DNA of 64,000 bases. Source: Eledone cirrhosa. Its lineage: Eukaryota. The notes under the pieces are model-generated. The model saw only the letters and a list, made by a program, of their open reading frames with translations. It searched no databases and had not been told where the DNA came from. How positions within the stretch are numbered: the first letter of the stretch is position 1; each line of letters starts with the position of its first letter. The stretch is taken from NCBI GenBank assembly GCA_964016885.1, contig OZ024764.1, positions 23,684,001 to 23,748,000 of the forward strand, given 5' to 3'. Position numbers and translations under genes: made by a program. Positions 22,867 to 35,469 of this stretch are shown here, piece by piece.

Positions 22867-25337
22867 TATAGCGAGATTACTGAGATTGTATGAATGTAAC
22901 AAAACGAGACATGGTTTGTGTATATAATATTTAATTAACGGTAGATGGAATACTTGACATGTCAAAGATAGATGTTAGAATGAAACAAAGTTAGTAGTTA
23001 CCGTTTTGATTGCCAGGCAAACGCGGCTGGCAGAGGGCGCCTGGCTAAGGCCAGGCGCCTGTTGGCCAAATTAATGGCAGAGCCAAATGAGAAGACTCTT
23101 GACCTGGTGCCGAAAAGGCAAAGAGAGCAAGGAAGCTTAAAGTTGTTAGTTTTATAGCGAGATTACTGGTTGCATGAATGTAACAAAACGAGCCAATGTT
23201 TGTGTATATAATATTTAATTAACGGTAGATAGAATACTTGACATGTCAAAGATAGATGTTAGAATGAAACAAAGTTAGTAGTTACCGTTTTGATTGCCAG
23301 GCAAACGCGGCTGGCAGAGGGCGCCTGGCCTTAGCCAGGCGCCTGTTGGCCAAATTAATGGCAGAGCCAAATGAGAAGACTCTTGACCTGGTGCCGAAAA
23401 GGCAAAGAGAGAGAGGAAGCTCAAAGTTGCTAGTTTTATAGGGCTCTGACCGGAAGTTGCAGAAAGGGTTCCACTTCCCGTCTAGATCCCAATCAAAACA
23501 AGGGAGACAACCGCTACATAACCTCCCGCCAGAATTTTAGTGTATAAAAATCGAAATGAAAATATGTAGCAAGTTGGCGAGAATGTTGTAACAGGCATGA
23601 AAATTACGACAAAAGAATGTTTGGAAAAATCAATGATAGATATCAAGGTAGCCAACCGCTCTTGGCCAGAGCACGACTGGACATCCATCTATCCATCACC
23701 CAAAGATACAATGTAATAAAGTAAAAGTAATAAAAGAGCTCAAAGTTCAAAATATAGTTCACAGGTGTGCAATCACATGACAGCTGGAAAGAAAGTGTGT
23801 TCCAGAGAATGAATGCAGGTGGTTTCTGTTCTGTGGTATATCGTGAAATTTCCAACCTCCGAATGGATTTTCTCACAGGAAGAGTGCTGCAAAAATAAAT
23901 TCTCTGGCTTTGGTGAAGCTGTGTTGATGTATTGCTGTTGCTGTTATATTGCTGTTGCTGCTGCTGTTGTCTCGCTGAGTGAGCGTATTCGGTGTTTAAA
24001 TTCACAGTAAAAAAATTTTTTTTTTAGAAAAAAATGAGTTGCGCAAAGTGCTAGAAATAGCAGCCGAAGTTGATGGTCGATGTTGAGAATGCGTTGACCT
24101 GGAAGGGTCAAGAGGCCAGCGACCAGAGAAATAAGCATTCTTAATAAATGCGCGGTTATCAACGGTAAATTTACATTGTAAATTTATAAACCGGCAAATA
24201 GAAGAATATAGCTTAAGGCTGAAGAATCCTTGGGGGAGAAATGGCGTGCGGCTGTCTGTGAGTAAGAGACATCTCAGTGAATCGAGAATTTATGCTGCCT
24301 ACACGTGCCAATACAAGGTTGAAAAAAAATATTTCTAACGCGCGAGAAAATGATAGTGCAATTTTGAAAGTGACAATGATGAAAAAGAAAGGCTTCAATC
24401 AGCATAATTATTGGTGTGAACTTAGGAAAAAAACAAAAAACTTGAACGATGAAGAAAACGAAGAACAAAAGGCAATGGTTCATCGAAAATAAATGTTCCT
24501 GTTGAAATGTTTTTTAAAGAATATCAAATTTCTTTTTTTTTTTGTGTTTTGAAAGAGTTCGTTGTAAGAAACGAGAAACATATATATATATATCGTGAAA
24601 TGTTTTTTTTTGTTTTGAAAGTGTTCGTTGTAAGAAACGAGAAACATATATATATATATTGGTGAAATGCGACAGTTAATTGATGCGTGAGAGAAAAAGT
24701 ATGTCTGTGCGAATTCCACATGTGCGTGTGTGCGTGTCCTTGAGTATTTTCATAGTTTGTCGCTAAATTTGCTGTGTATTCGTAATGTTACTCACAAAAC
24801 CAGATGTGCTATTTTTTTCTTTTTTTGGGGGTGACCACTTATAGCGATGAACGGCTGCGTGTTCGTATCACGTCGGGGTCACCAATATAGCGAGATTACT
24901 GGTTGCATGAATGTAACAAAACGAGCCAATGTTTGTGTATATAATATTTAATTAACGGTAGATAGAATACTTGACATGTCAAAGATAGATGTTAGAATGA
25001 AACAAAGTTAGTAGTTACCGTTTTGATTGCCAGGCAAACGCGGCTGGCAGAGGGCGCCTGGCCTTAGCCAGGCGCCTGTTGGCCAAATTAATGGCAGAGC
25101 CAAATGAGAAGACTCTTGACCTGGTGCCGAAAAGGCAAAGAGAGAGAGGAAGCTCAAAGTTGCTAGTTTTATAGGGCTCTGACCGGAAGTTGCAGAAAGG
25201 GTTCCACTTCCCGTCTAGATCCCAATCAAAACAAGGGAGACAACCGCTACAGTTTTATAGGGCTCTGACCGGAAGTCGCAGAAAGGGTTCCACCTCCCGT
25301 CTAGATCCCAATCAAAACAAGGGAGACAACCGCTACA
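22867..25337 (-). mobile_element. Older solo LTR (Gypsy-like), split by a nested insertion; 4-bp TSD GGGG
   Basis: Halves at 22867-23152 and 25256-25337. GGGG at 22863-22866 and 25338-25341; the empty site CAGGGGTGACTAG is at ~1360 in unit A. Confidence 0.85.
23153..25251 (-). mobile_element. Young non-autonomous LTR retrotransposon: two 366-bp LTRs, tRNA-Trp PBS, PPT, 4-bp TSD GTTT
   Basis: LTRs at 23153-23518 and 24886-25251 appear identical (minus strand TGTAGCG...CGCTATA). PBS TGGTGACCCCGACGTGAT (24867-24884, minus); purine-rich GGCGGGAGGTTA before the 3' LTR; no gag/pol in the 1.37-kb interior. Confidence 0.9.
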
Positions 25338-26673
25338 GGGGTAACTAGACCATGTTGTCAACTGTCAGCACCAATAGGAGTGAGGCGAGTGGGTCCCCTT
25401 GCTAGACACCATATATAAAAACGTATTTGCTAATTACTTTAATGAATAATTTGTTTCATACGTAATTATTACTTTTAACACAATAGGATTTTGTACACGT
25501 GTTTGTTTGAAAACATCTTTCAAAGAAGTATGAGACAGTCTTTTGTAGTCTTCTGGAGTTGCGACCGATAGATAGTATTAGCAATTGGAAAGACCAATGG
25601 AAACATTGTTTCCTCGGTCCGATTTGACGAAAAGTCGATCGTAAAAAAAATATATATAGAGAGAGAAACACAAACATACACTACTGTATTACATATGTCA
25701 GGGGAGACAACTCTCGTTACATCCACCCTTCTTTTTGATATACATTCATTAAATACTTTGTTCAATGGAACCTGCTTTATTTTGTGTCCTAAGTAGATTT
25801 CTGTTTAAGTATTTACGTGATTCACAATGATTCACGTAACCAAGTTACTTACATAGAGATATATTTCACATAGAATCACAACAAATGAAAATATTAAGTC
25901 AACACTCTGTCAATCAGTCTCACATCACATGGGGTGCCGGAGCCTCCCTCTAATACTTTCTGAGACAGTCTTACCTCGAGTGATAGCAAGGCTAAGATGT
26001 TGGAACTACCAAACACCCTCATATGTATCACCTGACACCTCGGTAAGGAGAGCTGCCAACGATAACAAGAACCTCGTTGTCAGGGACCTATCTCCTCCAA
26101 ACTTCTCCAACACCCCAGACTAGAATATTCTACTCTTTATTCCCTATCAAATATTTTTCAGTCTAGTCATTTATCTTGTATCTTGTATATGTATTTTCAA
26201 AACTAACTGTCACATTTGTGAGACCCCAGTTAGTGATGTTTTCGTCTCCCTCCCACATCCTACATGCTGTAGTAAAAGTGAGGGTCACTGCTTCCGTAGA
26301 CGAACGAAATAAAAGTTAAACTACCAGTAATTATCGGCAAAGTATTTATTCCAGTCTGTGATGTTTGAGAAGCTGGGCTGCTGACAACAAAGTTGTGGTC
26401 ACTGTTGGCGGCTGGCTTTACCGAAGTACCCGATGACTCTTGTGAGGGTACTTAGCTGTTCTGGCGGTTTAGCCTCCATGACATGATTTTACTGAGATAC
26501 CCGGTGATCTCTGTCAGGGTACTTAGCTGTTCTGGCGGTTTAGCCTCCATATGACCCGATCTTACCGAGATACCCGGTGATCTCTGTCAGGGTACTTAGC
26601 AGTTCTGGCAACTTAGCCCCCATATGACCCGATTTACCGAAGTACCCGGTGATCTCTGTAAGAGTACTTAGCT

Positions 26674-27326
26674 GGGCATAGGTTAAGTTTTACGTCCTCG
26701 AAAATGAAACTAGGTTTTCTGACATGTGAATGTGTTTCTTTTTTTTTACAATGAAATTTACGATACACTTTTTGTTTATTTACAACAGGTCTCTATAATG
26801 ATATGGTGTTAATTAGTATTGCGTGTGTGATTATTTTCTCTTATATATATATGTGTGGGTGTGTATATGTGTGTATATATATGTGTGTCTGTATGTATAT
26901 ATATGTGTTTGTATATATATATATATGTGTTTGTGTCATCATCATCGTTTACATGTTTTTACCCAAATCCCTTATCATTCTCTGTCCTTCCTATGACCCG
27001 GCCTTAATTTGTTTATAGTTGGTGCCAACTTTGGCAAGATATTACAAAAACATCTAAACGATGATGATGACACAAACACATATATATATACAAACACACA
27101 TATATATATATATATATACATACAGACACACATATACACACCCACACATATATATATAAGAAATAATAATCACACACGCAATACTAATTAACACCATATC
27201 ACTATAGAGACCTGTTGTAAATAAACAAAGAGTGTATCGTAAATTTCATTGTAAAAAAAAACAAACACATTCACTTGTCAGAAAACCTAGTTTCATATTC
27301 GAGGACGTAAAACTTAACCTATGCCC
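26674..27326. mobile_element. Foldback element copy (TSD TTAGCT)
   Basis: Same termini and TSD as 2928-3568, with small indels. Confidence 0.9.
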
Positions 27327-27432
27327 TTAGCTGTTCTATTTTAATTACATTTACTGATTTAAACTTTCATTTTTTTATTACAAACTTTACATAATTTAAT
27401 TCCGTAAAAATATTTTACGTCACAAAAAAACT

Positions 27433-27559
27433 TGACCTTTGACATTGAAGCATGCGCAGTGGTGCAGTTGTCGACTTCCTGTCCACGTGTTAGTCTTCCT
27501 ACAACATCATTTAGAAAACATTTCTGTAAATACTAAACACCTGAGTCTATAATGTAAGT
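27433..27559 (+). promoter_or_regulatory. Putative promoter/first exon of ZNF gene C
   Basis: Same motif cluster; donor GTAAGT at 27554-27559. Confidence 0.55.
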
Positions 27560-28091
27560 ATTATGTCTATTAATATTGTAGATTTAAGCTCACTCTTCAC
27601 ATCACAAATATATATTTTCTTGTTTGTTTCATTACTGGAAATATAAAATGTTATCGTAATTATCTATATTTTACCTACCTCTAATTAATTAAAGTGAAAA
27701 CTTTTGTTGTTGCTGAAAAATAAATTAACAAAACTAAATATTTAAATATTCTAAAGGTCGTTTTTATATTATGTGATGATATAATTAATATATTTTATTA
27801 CAATTGTATAAATTTACAGTAGAATAACGTTGTAAATATGTTTTAAATATATACATAAATAACATAAGTGTGTAAATAACATTATAAATTGCTGGCAATT
27901 CCTTGAGAAAGACATTACAAATATATTGTCTAAACTGTGTATAATAATATAATTTATTGAACAATAAAGATAAAGGAAAGAAAAACACAGTGGGAGATGG
28001 CAATTCACCACCAGGTGTGATAATAGGCCACATCTCACACCTTAGGGGTTAACTACACACTTTGAGGAGAGCCAACACACTGGCAGCATTA

Positions 28092-28308
28092 CTAAGGTGT
28101 TGAAATAACCAGGTACCCTCACGGGTATCACCTGGTACCTCAGTAAGGTGAGGCTAAGGATCTGAAATAACCAGGTACCCTCACGGGTATCACCTGATAC
28201 CTCGGTAAGGTGAATCTAAGGGGCTGAAATAACCAGGTACCCTCACGGGTATCACCTGACACCTTCGTAAGGTGAGTCTAAGGGGCTGAAATAACCAGGT
28301 ACCCTCAT
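28092..28308. repeat. 59-bp tandem repeat in an LTR-like segment
   Basis: Unit ctgaaataaccaggtaccctcacgggtatcacctgacacctcggtaaggtgaggctaagg, ~3.7 copies; ~1.7 copies at 47770-47866. Confidence 0.75.
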
Positions 28309-28666
28309 GGAAACGACTAGATTTGTAGAAAAAGTAGGGTGAAAGTATACGAAGAGATGTAGTTTCACAGATCTACTCACACCTCACGTTGGGTGGGAAA
28401 TAATTATTTTTCTTAGATTTTTTTCTAGACCCCTTTTCAATATTTTCTCTGAACCCCTTAGATACTTGCAATAGACGTTTTATTCCCCAGTATTAGGGTT
28501 AGGGTTTCTGTTTTCAGGAAGAAAAGTCGATTGCAAACATCTAAGAGGTCGAGAAATAAAATTAAGGAAAGATAATTATTTCCCAGCCAACTGGAGAAGT
28601 GTGTAGCTCTTCTAAACTCTGATAATCCTGTCTCCCACTTCTTTATCTACAAATCTAGTCGTTTCC
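28309..28666. mobile_element. MITE with ~21-30 bp TIRs
   Basis: GGAAACGACTAGATTTGTAGA...TCTACAAATCTAGTCGTTTCC; no TSD recognised. Copies at 47868-48226 and partially at 63323-63430. Confidence 0.7.
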
Positions 28667-29068
28667 TGCTACTTTGAAGGCCCTATTTATTGATAACACC
28701 ACTTGTAAATCTTTGTCAACTTTTCATACGTAAATTGTGAATCAGTTATTTTTAAACAAACTATCAAAGAAGTGATCTCACAGTAACTGTGTTTGATTTA
28801 ATCAACTTATTCCCCCCAAACATTGTCGACCTTGTGTCTAAATCAGAAACTATTATAAGATCTTAAATCAACCTCGTAAAGATGAAGGGCAAAGCTAACC
28901 TCGGCGGGATTTCAACCCTTTATGTTATGAGTTCAAATCCCACCAAAGTTAACTTTGTCTTTCATTCTAAAGGAGTGGATAAATTAAAGTTCCAGTAATC
29001 TACTGGGGTCTGAGATATTAAGGTTTGAGTAGATTCTATCTTTTTGTTTGTTTGTATTTATAATCTTA

Positions 29069-29211
29069 CTAGAAACCCTGTGACCTGTTGGATCACGTTC
29101 CCTTTAAAAATAATATTTAAATAATTAAAATGTACACAGACATGTATATAATGTAAAATGAAATTAGTAGGCCCATGTATATATATATATATATATATAT
29201 GCGTGTGTGTG

Positions 29212-29263
<52 letters not shown>

Positions 29264-29540
29264 CACACACGTCACTTGTTATAATTTTATAACTTTGTTC
29301 AACAGCCCCACCAGCTATCTCTCTCACACACACCCATTATCTTTCTCTCTCTATTTATAAAGGTACCAGAAAAACCCCATATCTCGGGAACCTGTGCATT
29401 GATTTACGTGAAACTTATTTTATCCCATTTGTATTCCCATTTCAGGGTCAACTTCCTTTCAAACTATTTTCCCGTTATGCCCCGTTTTAGCTGTATTACA
29501 TTACAGACAAGACACAATCACAAAGTTTTAGGTTTATAAT
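29069..29540 (-). mobile_element. Diverged inverted Helitron of the same family as 8724-9141
   Basis: Reverse complement of gggaacgtga.ccaacaggtc...ctag and of tgtgattgtgtcttgtctgtaat..aatacagctaaaac. Confidence 0.65.
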
Positions 29541-29689
29541 GTTATAGTATCATGAGAGGGTAATACAGTTATTTATAGACCTGTGGTAAATGTTGGTTCA
29601 GTCCACCCTGGGGGGTGTAAGTGTTGGTTCAGTCTACCCTGAGGGGTGTCAGTGTTGGTCAATGATAACCTTTATAACTAGAGGCCTGT

Positions 29690-30090
29690 TGGTGAGGACA
29701 AGCTGGAAGTGGTGACATCTTTCTGCTACCTGTGTGACATGTCAGCTGGAAGTGGTGCCAAGTTCACTGCCATCGTGCTGTGCCACTCCACAGGTAACAA
29801 GTTTAGGCAGCTTCTAATCCTCAAGACATGCTGGCTACCATTAGACACCATGGGGCAGATTTATAACACCTGTGGGAGAAGCGTGTTGTTTCATGCCAGC
29901 GAGACCTGGGCCATGTTATCTGACTGTCTGAATTGACTCTGAAGAAATGACAGAGCTATGATCCACTGGATGTGTAGTGTGACCATTGAGGATGATGTCA
30001 GCTCAACTAAGCTCCTAAAATAACTGCTGATCGACGACCTCAAGGATGTGTTTCACAGGAGACACATGCACTGGTATGGCCATGTTGTTC
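29690..30090 (+). mobile_element. Old RTE LINE fragment
   Basis: LEVVTSFCYL, SVLFHASETW and WYGHV-like segments homologous to the C-terminus of the RTE at 55853-56575. Confidence 0.6.
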
Positions 30091-30094
30091 ATTC

Positions 30095-32360
30095 TCTCTC
30101 AACTCATCTATGCTTGGTCGTTGATGCACATTGACATTGCACATCCAACGGAGCATACTTGCTTCATTTTTCTCCAGCCATCGCATATCCTCCACAGTTG
30201 CTGTCCATGTCTCACTACCGTGCAGCATCACACATCTCACGCAGGCATCACCAGCCATTCGTTCTTAGGGAGAAACGCTTCTTTGTCAACAGAGGAAGCA
30301 GCTCCCTAAACGTCTTCCAACCTGTCCTTATTCTAGATACTATGGTCTCACAGCACCCTCCCCCCATGCTAATCTGATCACCTAGGTATCAGAAGCTATC
30401 AACCACCTCTGTAGAGCCTACCTGCATTTGAAAAATGTGTCTATCACTGCGACTTCTACTGTCAAATTTCCCTGTACATCTACTGCATATGTAGTTTTCC
30501 CTACCTGTTAGTTTGCCTGCTATCCCACTACATTTCTTGTGTACCCAAAATCTGCATTGTGTACATTATAGAATTTATGCCAGTTCCTTTTCTACATATC
30601 GAACAAGGCCATTTCCCTGATGGAATGACAGTTTTGTCCTCTTTTCTACTCATCAACACTTTTGACTTAGCTAGGTTCACTCTCAGTCCTCTTGATTCCA
30701 ACTGCTGTTGCAATAGCCAGAATTTATTCTCTAGCTCCTCTACTGATTCTGCTATAAGAACCAGATCGTCAGCATAGAGAAGTTCCCATGGGCAGCCAGT
30801 CTTAAACTCTTCTGTTATGACTTGGAGGACTATAATGAACAAGAGCGTGCTGAGGACCGAAACCTGATGTACTCCTACTTGTATTCTGGAATTCCTCACT
30901 AAACTCCATGCCTACCCTCACTTTACTGACAGTACCTCTGTACATAGCTTGCACTGTCCTCACAAGCCATTCCTCTACACCTAGTTTCCTTAGGGACTAC
31001 CAGATGACAGATTGGGGTACTCTATCAAAGGCCTTCTCTAGGTCAACAAAAACTAAGTATAGTGGTTTTCTTCTCTAAGAACCTCTCTTGTAGTTGTCTC
31101 ACTAAGAAGAGGGCATCTGTTTGACCCTTTCTCTAAGTTGCGCTAGTATTCTTTCTGTCACTTTCATAACCTGATCCATCAGTTTTATACCCCTATAATT
31201 ACTCCTCTCCAGAACATCCCCTTTACCTTTACCTCAATTTATGAGAATACTGCTGCACCAGTCTTTGGGTATGACACCACCATATATAGCTTGATTAATG
31301 ATGCATGCAACCAGTTTAATTCCTACATCCCCTGATGCCTTCAGCATCTCAGCAACTATCCCCAACAGTCCAGCGGACCTACCATTTTTCATTTCCTTAA
31401 TTGCCTCTTGGACCCTATAGTCGTCAATCTCAATAGCTGGTCCCTCTGTCGGGTCTACTGAGGGTAGTTTCTCTCCCTTTCATTCTCCACATTCATCAGT
31501 CTCATAATGACATTTCCAGGCCTCCTTTTTTTTGAGAATCAGTGACACTAAGTGCACCAACATCCTGATTTACACTGACACACTGCCTTGCAATGCGGAA
31601 CACTGCACATCTCTGATCTCCCCATCGCAGGACATTGGCAAACCTTCTCCTCTCAGCCTCCCTGCATGTTAAGTAGACCTGACATCTAGCTTCTCTCTTA
31701 GTGGCTGTGTATCGGTCTCTACCCCTACCATTTTTCCAAGCCTTTTGTCTCTAATGGCTCTATCTACCATGCTGTTCCACCACCAGGTCACCCTCTGTCT
31801 GGTTGGAGCTCTGCTCCAGCCACAAGTTTCTTCAGTAACCTGAAGTAAGTTGTAACGTAAGAAATTCCAGTTATCATCCATGTCATAGGACTCTAAATCG
31901 TCTTCTTTTTCGTCATACACATCTTGAAGGGCTTTCCAAAATTTATATTTTAGTGAAAGGTCTTTTAGTTTCCAGACCTTCCTTTTTCACACTTTCTTGT
32001 ATGTCTCACTTTGTCTCTTGCTTACTGAGATGTCACTAACGACTAACCTATGTTGGTGGGTTACATTGTTCCCTGGGGTATGCCTTAGTATTTGACACCA
32101 TCTGTCTCTCTTGCTGCCTAACTAGGAAGAAGTCAATCTGTCTCATGTGCTAACCTGATTGGTAGGTTGTTAGGTGGTTGGTAGGTTTCTTGAAGTGTTG
32201 CAAATGGTTAGTTCACTTGCATCACAAAATACAAGAAGCCTCACTCCTTCTTCATTTCTTGAGCCATAACCATGACCACCATGTACCCCAGTATATCCAT
32301 CCTGGAACTGTCCAACATGACCATTCAAGTCCCCTGCTATTATAACTAGGTCTCTGTCAT
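30095..32360 (-). mobile_element. Degenerate RTE LINE (AP endonuclease and RT)
   Basis: Minus strand gives IIAGDLNGHVG..GGHGYGSRNEEG, RVTWWWN, GVHQVSVLSTLLF, CPWELLYADDL and MLHGSETW, with frameshifts. A further RT fragment lies at 32370-32700. Confidence 0.85.
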
Positions 32361-32909
32361 TGTGGTTATCTCTACTTATTCCTTTTCTACATATGGAGCA
32401 GGGCCACTTTCCCTAAGGGGTCAGGGTCTTCTCTCCTATCCATTACCACTTTAGTTTTGGCTAAGTATATTCTCAGAACTTACCATTTCAAATTCTATAT
32501 CTATAGTTGGTCATCTACATAGAGAAGTTTCCATAGACAGCCAGTCTTAAACCTCTCTGTTATGGCTTGGAGAACTATGATGAACAACAGTGGGCTAAGA
32601 ACTAAACCATGATGAACTCCTACCTGTACCTTCAATTCCTCACTAAACACACTTTACTGACAGCTTCTCACAAGCCATTCTTCTACACCTAATTTCTTTA
32701 ACCCTTTAGTATATAAACTGGCCATATCTGGCCAGAATTCTCCCACATCTTTCTGTTCAAACTGGCCGTAACTGGTCACTTATACTTATGTTACGGTATT
32801 GTTCTCAAATTAAGTAACATCAATATCTCATAGATTTGATATTATGAGAGATAAAGCATTTACTGTGAAAATATAATAGTAAATATAGAGTAATGTGAAT
32901 ACTAAAGTG

Positions 32910-33560
32910 TTAATCTAATGTCACTAATAACTACTTTTATCTGTCAGTTTAATCTAATGTCACTAATAACTACTTTTATCTGTCAGTTTAATCTAATGTC
33001 ACTAATAACTACTTTTATCAGTCAGTATAATCTAATGTCACTAATAACTACTTTTATCAGTCAGTATAATCTAATGCTACTAATAACTACTTTTATCAGT
33101 CAGTATAATCTAATGTCACTAATAACTACTTTTATCTGTCAGTTTAATCTAATGTCACTAATAACTACTTTTATCAGTCAGTATAATCTAATGTCACTAA
33201 TAACTACTTTTATCAGTCAGTATAATCTAATGCCACTAATAACTACTTTTATCAGTCAGTATAATCTAATGTCACTAATAACTACTTTTATCAGTCAGTT
33301 TAATCTAATGTCACTAATAACTACTTTTATCAGTCAGTATAATCTAATGTCACTAATAACTACTTTTATCAGTCAATTTAATCTAATGTCACTAATAACT
33401 ACTTTTATCAGTCAGTATAATCTAATGCCACTAATAACTACTTTTATCAGTCAGTTTAATCTAATGTCACTAACAACTACTTTTATCAGTCAGTTTAATC
33501 TAATGTCACTAATAACTACTTTTATCAGTCAGTATAATCTACTGCCACTAATAACTAACC
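32910..33560. repeat. 39-bp minisatellite (~16-17 copies)
   Basis: Unit aatctaatgtcactaataactacttttatcagtcagt(t/a)t. Confidence 0.95.
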
Positions 33561-34521
33561 TATGTTAGTCAGCACATTCTTCACAAAAGAAGGCCTTAGT
33601 ATTTATTACAGTCCATTTATCAATATAGAAATATTATATGAAATTTGTACTGATGTATTACAAGTTTCTGAGTATCTTATAATGTTCTTTTATTATTTCA
33701 GAATACCAGAGGACATTGGCATTAAAGAGCACGTTACATCAGACATATCCTCAATATTAACCATTTCTAATGAAAGAAACTACCCATCATTTTCAAATAA
33801 TTTTGAAAACACTCAACACTTTGAAGGGATTTAGTAATATAACTAAATTTATCAGTATTAAGCTGCTATTTGGAACATAACTTTGCACAATTTCATGAAG
33901 TTACAATGGAAAGTTTTTAGATAAATATAAAGACTGATATGAAAAGGATAAAACACTATTATATAAGTTGTTTCATCAACACCATTATTTAAAGACGAAA
34001 GGAAGCTGTTATACAGAACAGATACAACCTTGTTTATATAAATCTATGGGAGAAATACTGGAAAATATTTCTTGTAAACTCAATAACACTTCTATTCTTT
34101 GCTGTCTGGAATATGTAGAAGATACAAAATAAGGCTGAAGAAATTCACAAATGATTTTGTAAGATCTTCATATATTGACAAAGTTGATAGTTGATGGAAC
34201 TACAGGAGTAGAAATATTTCCATTATTACAGGAATAACTAATCAAATAAAAACCAGAAAAATTAGATTCTTCACTGTCTGGAATATGTACAAGATGATTT
34301 TATATGTATATTAAACTTGAAGAGATCTACAAAACAGTTTGTATCATCTTTAAATATAAAGAAAGACCAAAGTTGATAGAAATATATCTGGAGGAATATA
34401 TTTTAGGAATAATATTATAAACATAAAGAAGAAAAATATCCATATATATTAAGAGGAGAAAAATATTAAAACTGTGAATTATGTGAGAAACTGAGGTGAT
34501 TGATGTCTTTTAGTGGGAGTT

Positions 34522-35469
34522 ATGTCGAAAAATATAGTAAAATCACCATTCCACTGTGATATCTGTGGTAAATCATTCTCTCGTAGTAATCACCTAACTA
34601 CTCACAAACGTATTCATACAGGAGAGAAGCCTTATAAGTGTGATATCTGTAACAAATCATTCAGTCACAGAAGTAGCGTCAGAGTTCACAAAAAAATTCA
34701 TACAGGAGAGAAGCCACATCACTGTGACATCTGTAGTAAATCACTCTCTTGCAGATATCGCTTAACTAATCACAAACGTATTCATACAGGAGAGAAGCCA
34801 TATCACTGTGACATCTGTGGTAAATCATTCTCTCATAGTCAAAACCTAACTACTCACAAACATATTCATACAGGAGAGAAACCATATCACTGTGACATCT
34901 GTGGTAAATCATTCAGTCTGAGTAATACCTTAACTACTCACAAATGTATTCATACAGGAGAGAAACCATATCACTGTGATATCTGTGGTAAAACGTTCTC
35001 TAAAAATAATAACCTCACTACTCACAAACGTATTCATACAGGAGAGAACCTATATCATTGTGATATCTGTGGTAAATCATTCACTTGTAGTAATAACCTA
35101 ACTACTCACAAACGTATTCATACAGGAGAGAAGACATATCACTGTGACATCTGTGGTAAATCATTCAGTCAGAGTAATACCTTAACTGGCCACAAACGTA
35201 CTCATACGGGAGAGAAACCAATTCACTGTGACATCTGTGGTAAATCATTCTCTCATAGACATAACCTAACTACTCACAAACATATTCATACAGGAGAGAA
35301 ACCATATCACTGTGACATCTGTGGTAAATCATTCAGTCTGAGTAATACCTTAACTACTCACAAACGTACTCATACAGGAGAGAAGCCATATCACTGTGAC
35401 ATCTGTGGTAAATCATTCTCTCAAAGTGCTAACTTAACCAAGCATGTGCGTATTCATACAGAAGTTTAG
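34522..35469 (+). CDS. C2H2 zinc-finger protein C, 11 tandem fingers, no effector domain
   Basis: Intact [22 protein letters not shown]...HVRIHTEV with TGEKPY linkers. Candidate acceptors at 33701 and 34513. Confidence 0.9.
   Translation: MSKNIVKSPFHCDICGKSFSRSNHLTTHKRIHTGEKPYKCDICNKSFSHRSSVRVHKKIHTGEKPHHCDICSKSLSCRYRLTNHKRIHTGEKPYHCDICGKSFSHSQNLTTHKHIHTGEKPYHCDICGKSFSLSNTLTTHKCIHTGEKPYHCDICGKTFSKNNNLTTHKRIHTGENLYHCDICGKSFTCSNNLTTHKRIHTGEKTYHCDICGKSFSQSNTLTGHKRTHTGEKPIHCDICGKSFSHRHNLTTHKHIHTGEKPYHCDICGKSFSLSNTLTTHKRTHTGEKPYHCDICGKSFSQSANLTKHVRIHTEV

Noticed and set aside
23643-24005. Poly-Q ORF inside the LTR element as gag/env
   Set aside because: Short, low-complexity, (CAG/CAA)-derived; no recognisable retroviral motifs.
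24853-24884. tRNA-Trp gene
   Set aside because: Only the 3' portion is present, it includes CCA, and it abuts an LTR. It is a primer-binding site.
28492-28506. TTAGGG telomeric repeat
   Set aside because: Only ~2 copies inside a MITE, and mutated in the paralog.
32910-33560. CRISPR-like regular repeats
   Set aside because: Head-to-tail units with no unique spacers, no cas genes, eukaryotic context.
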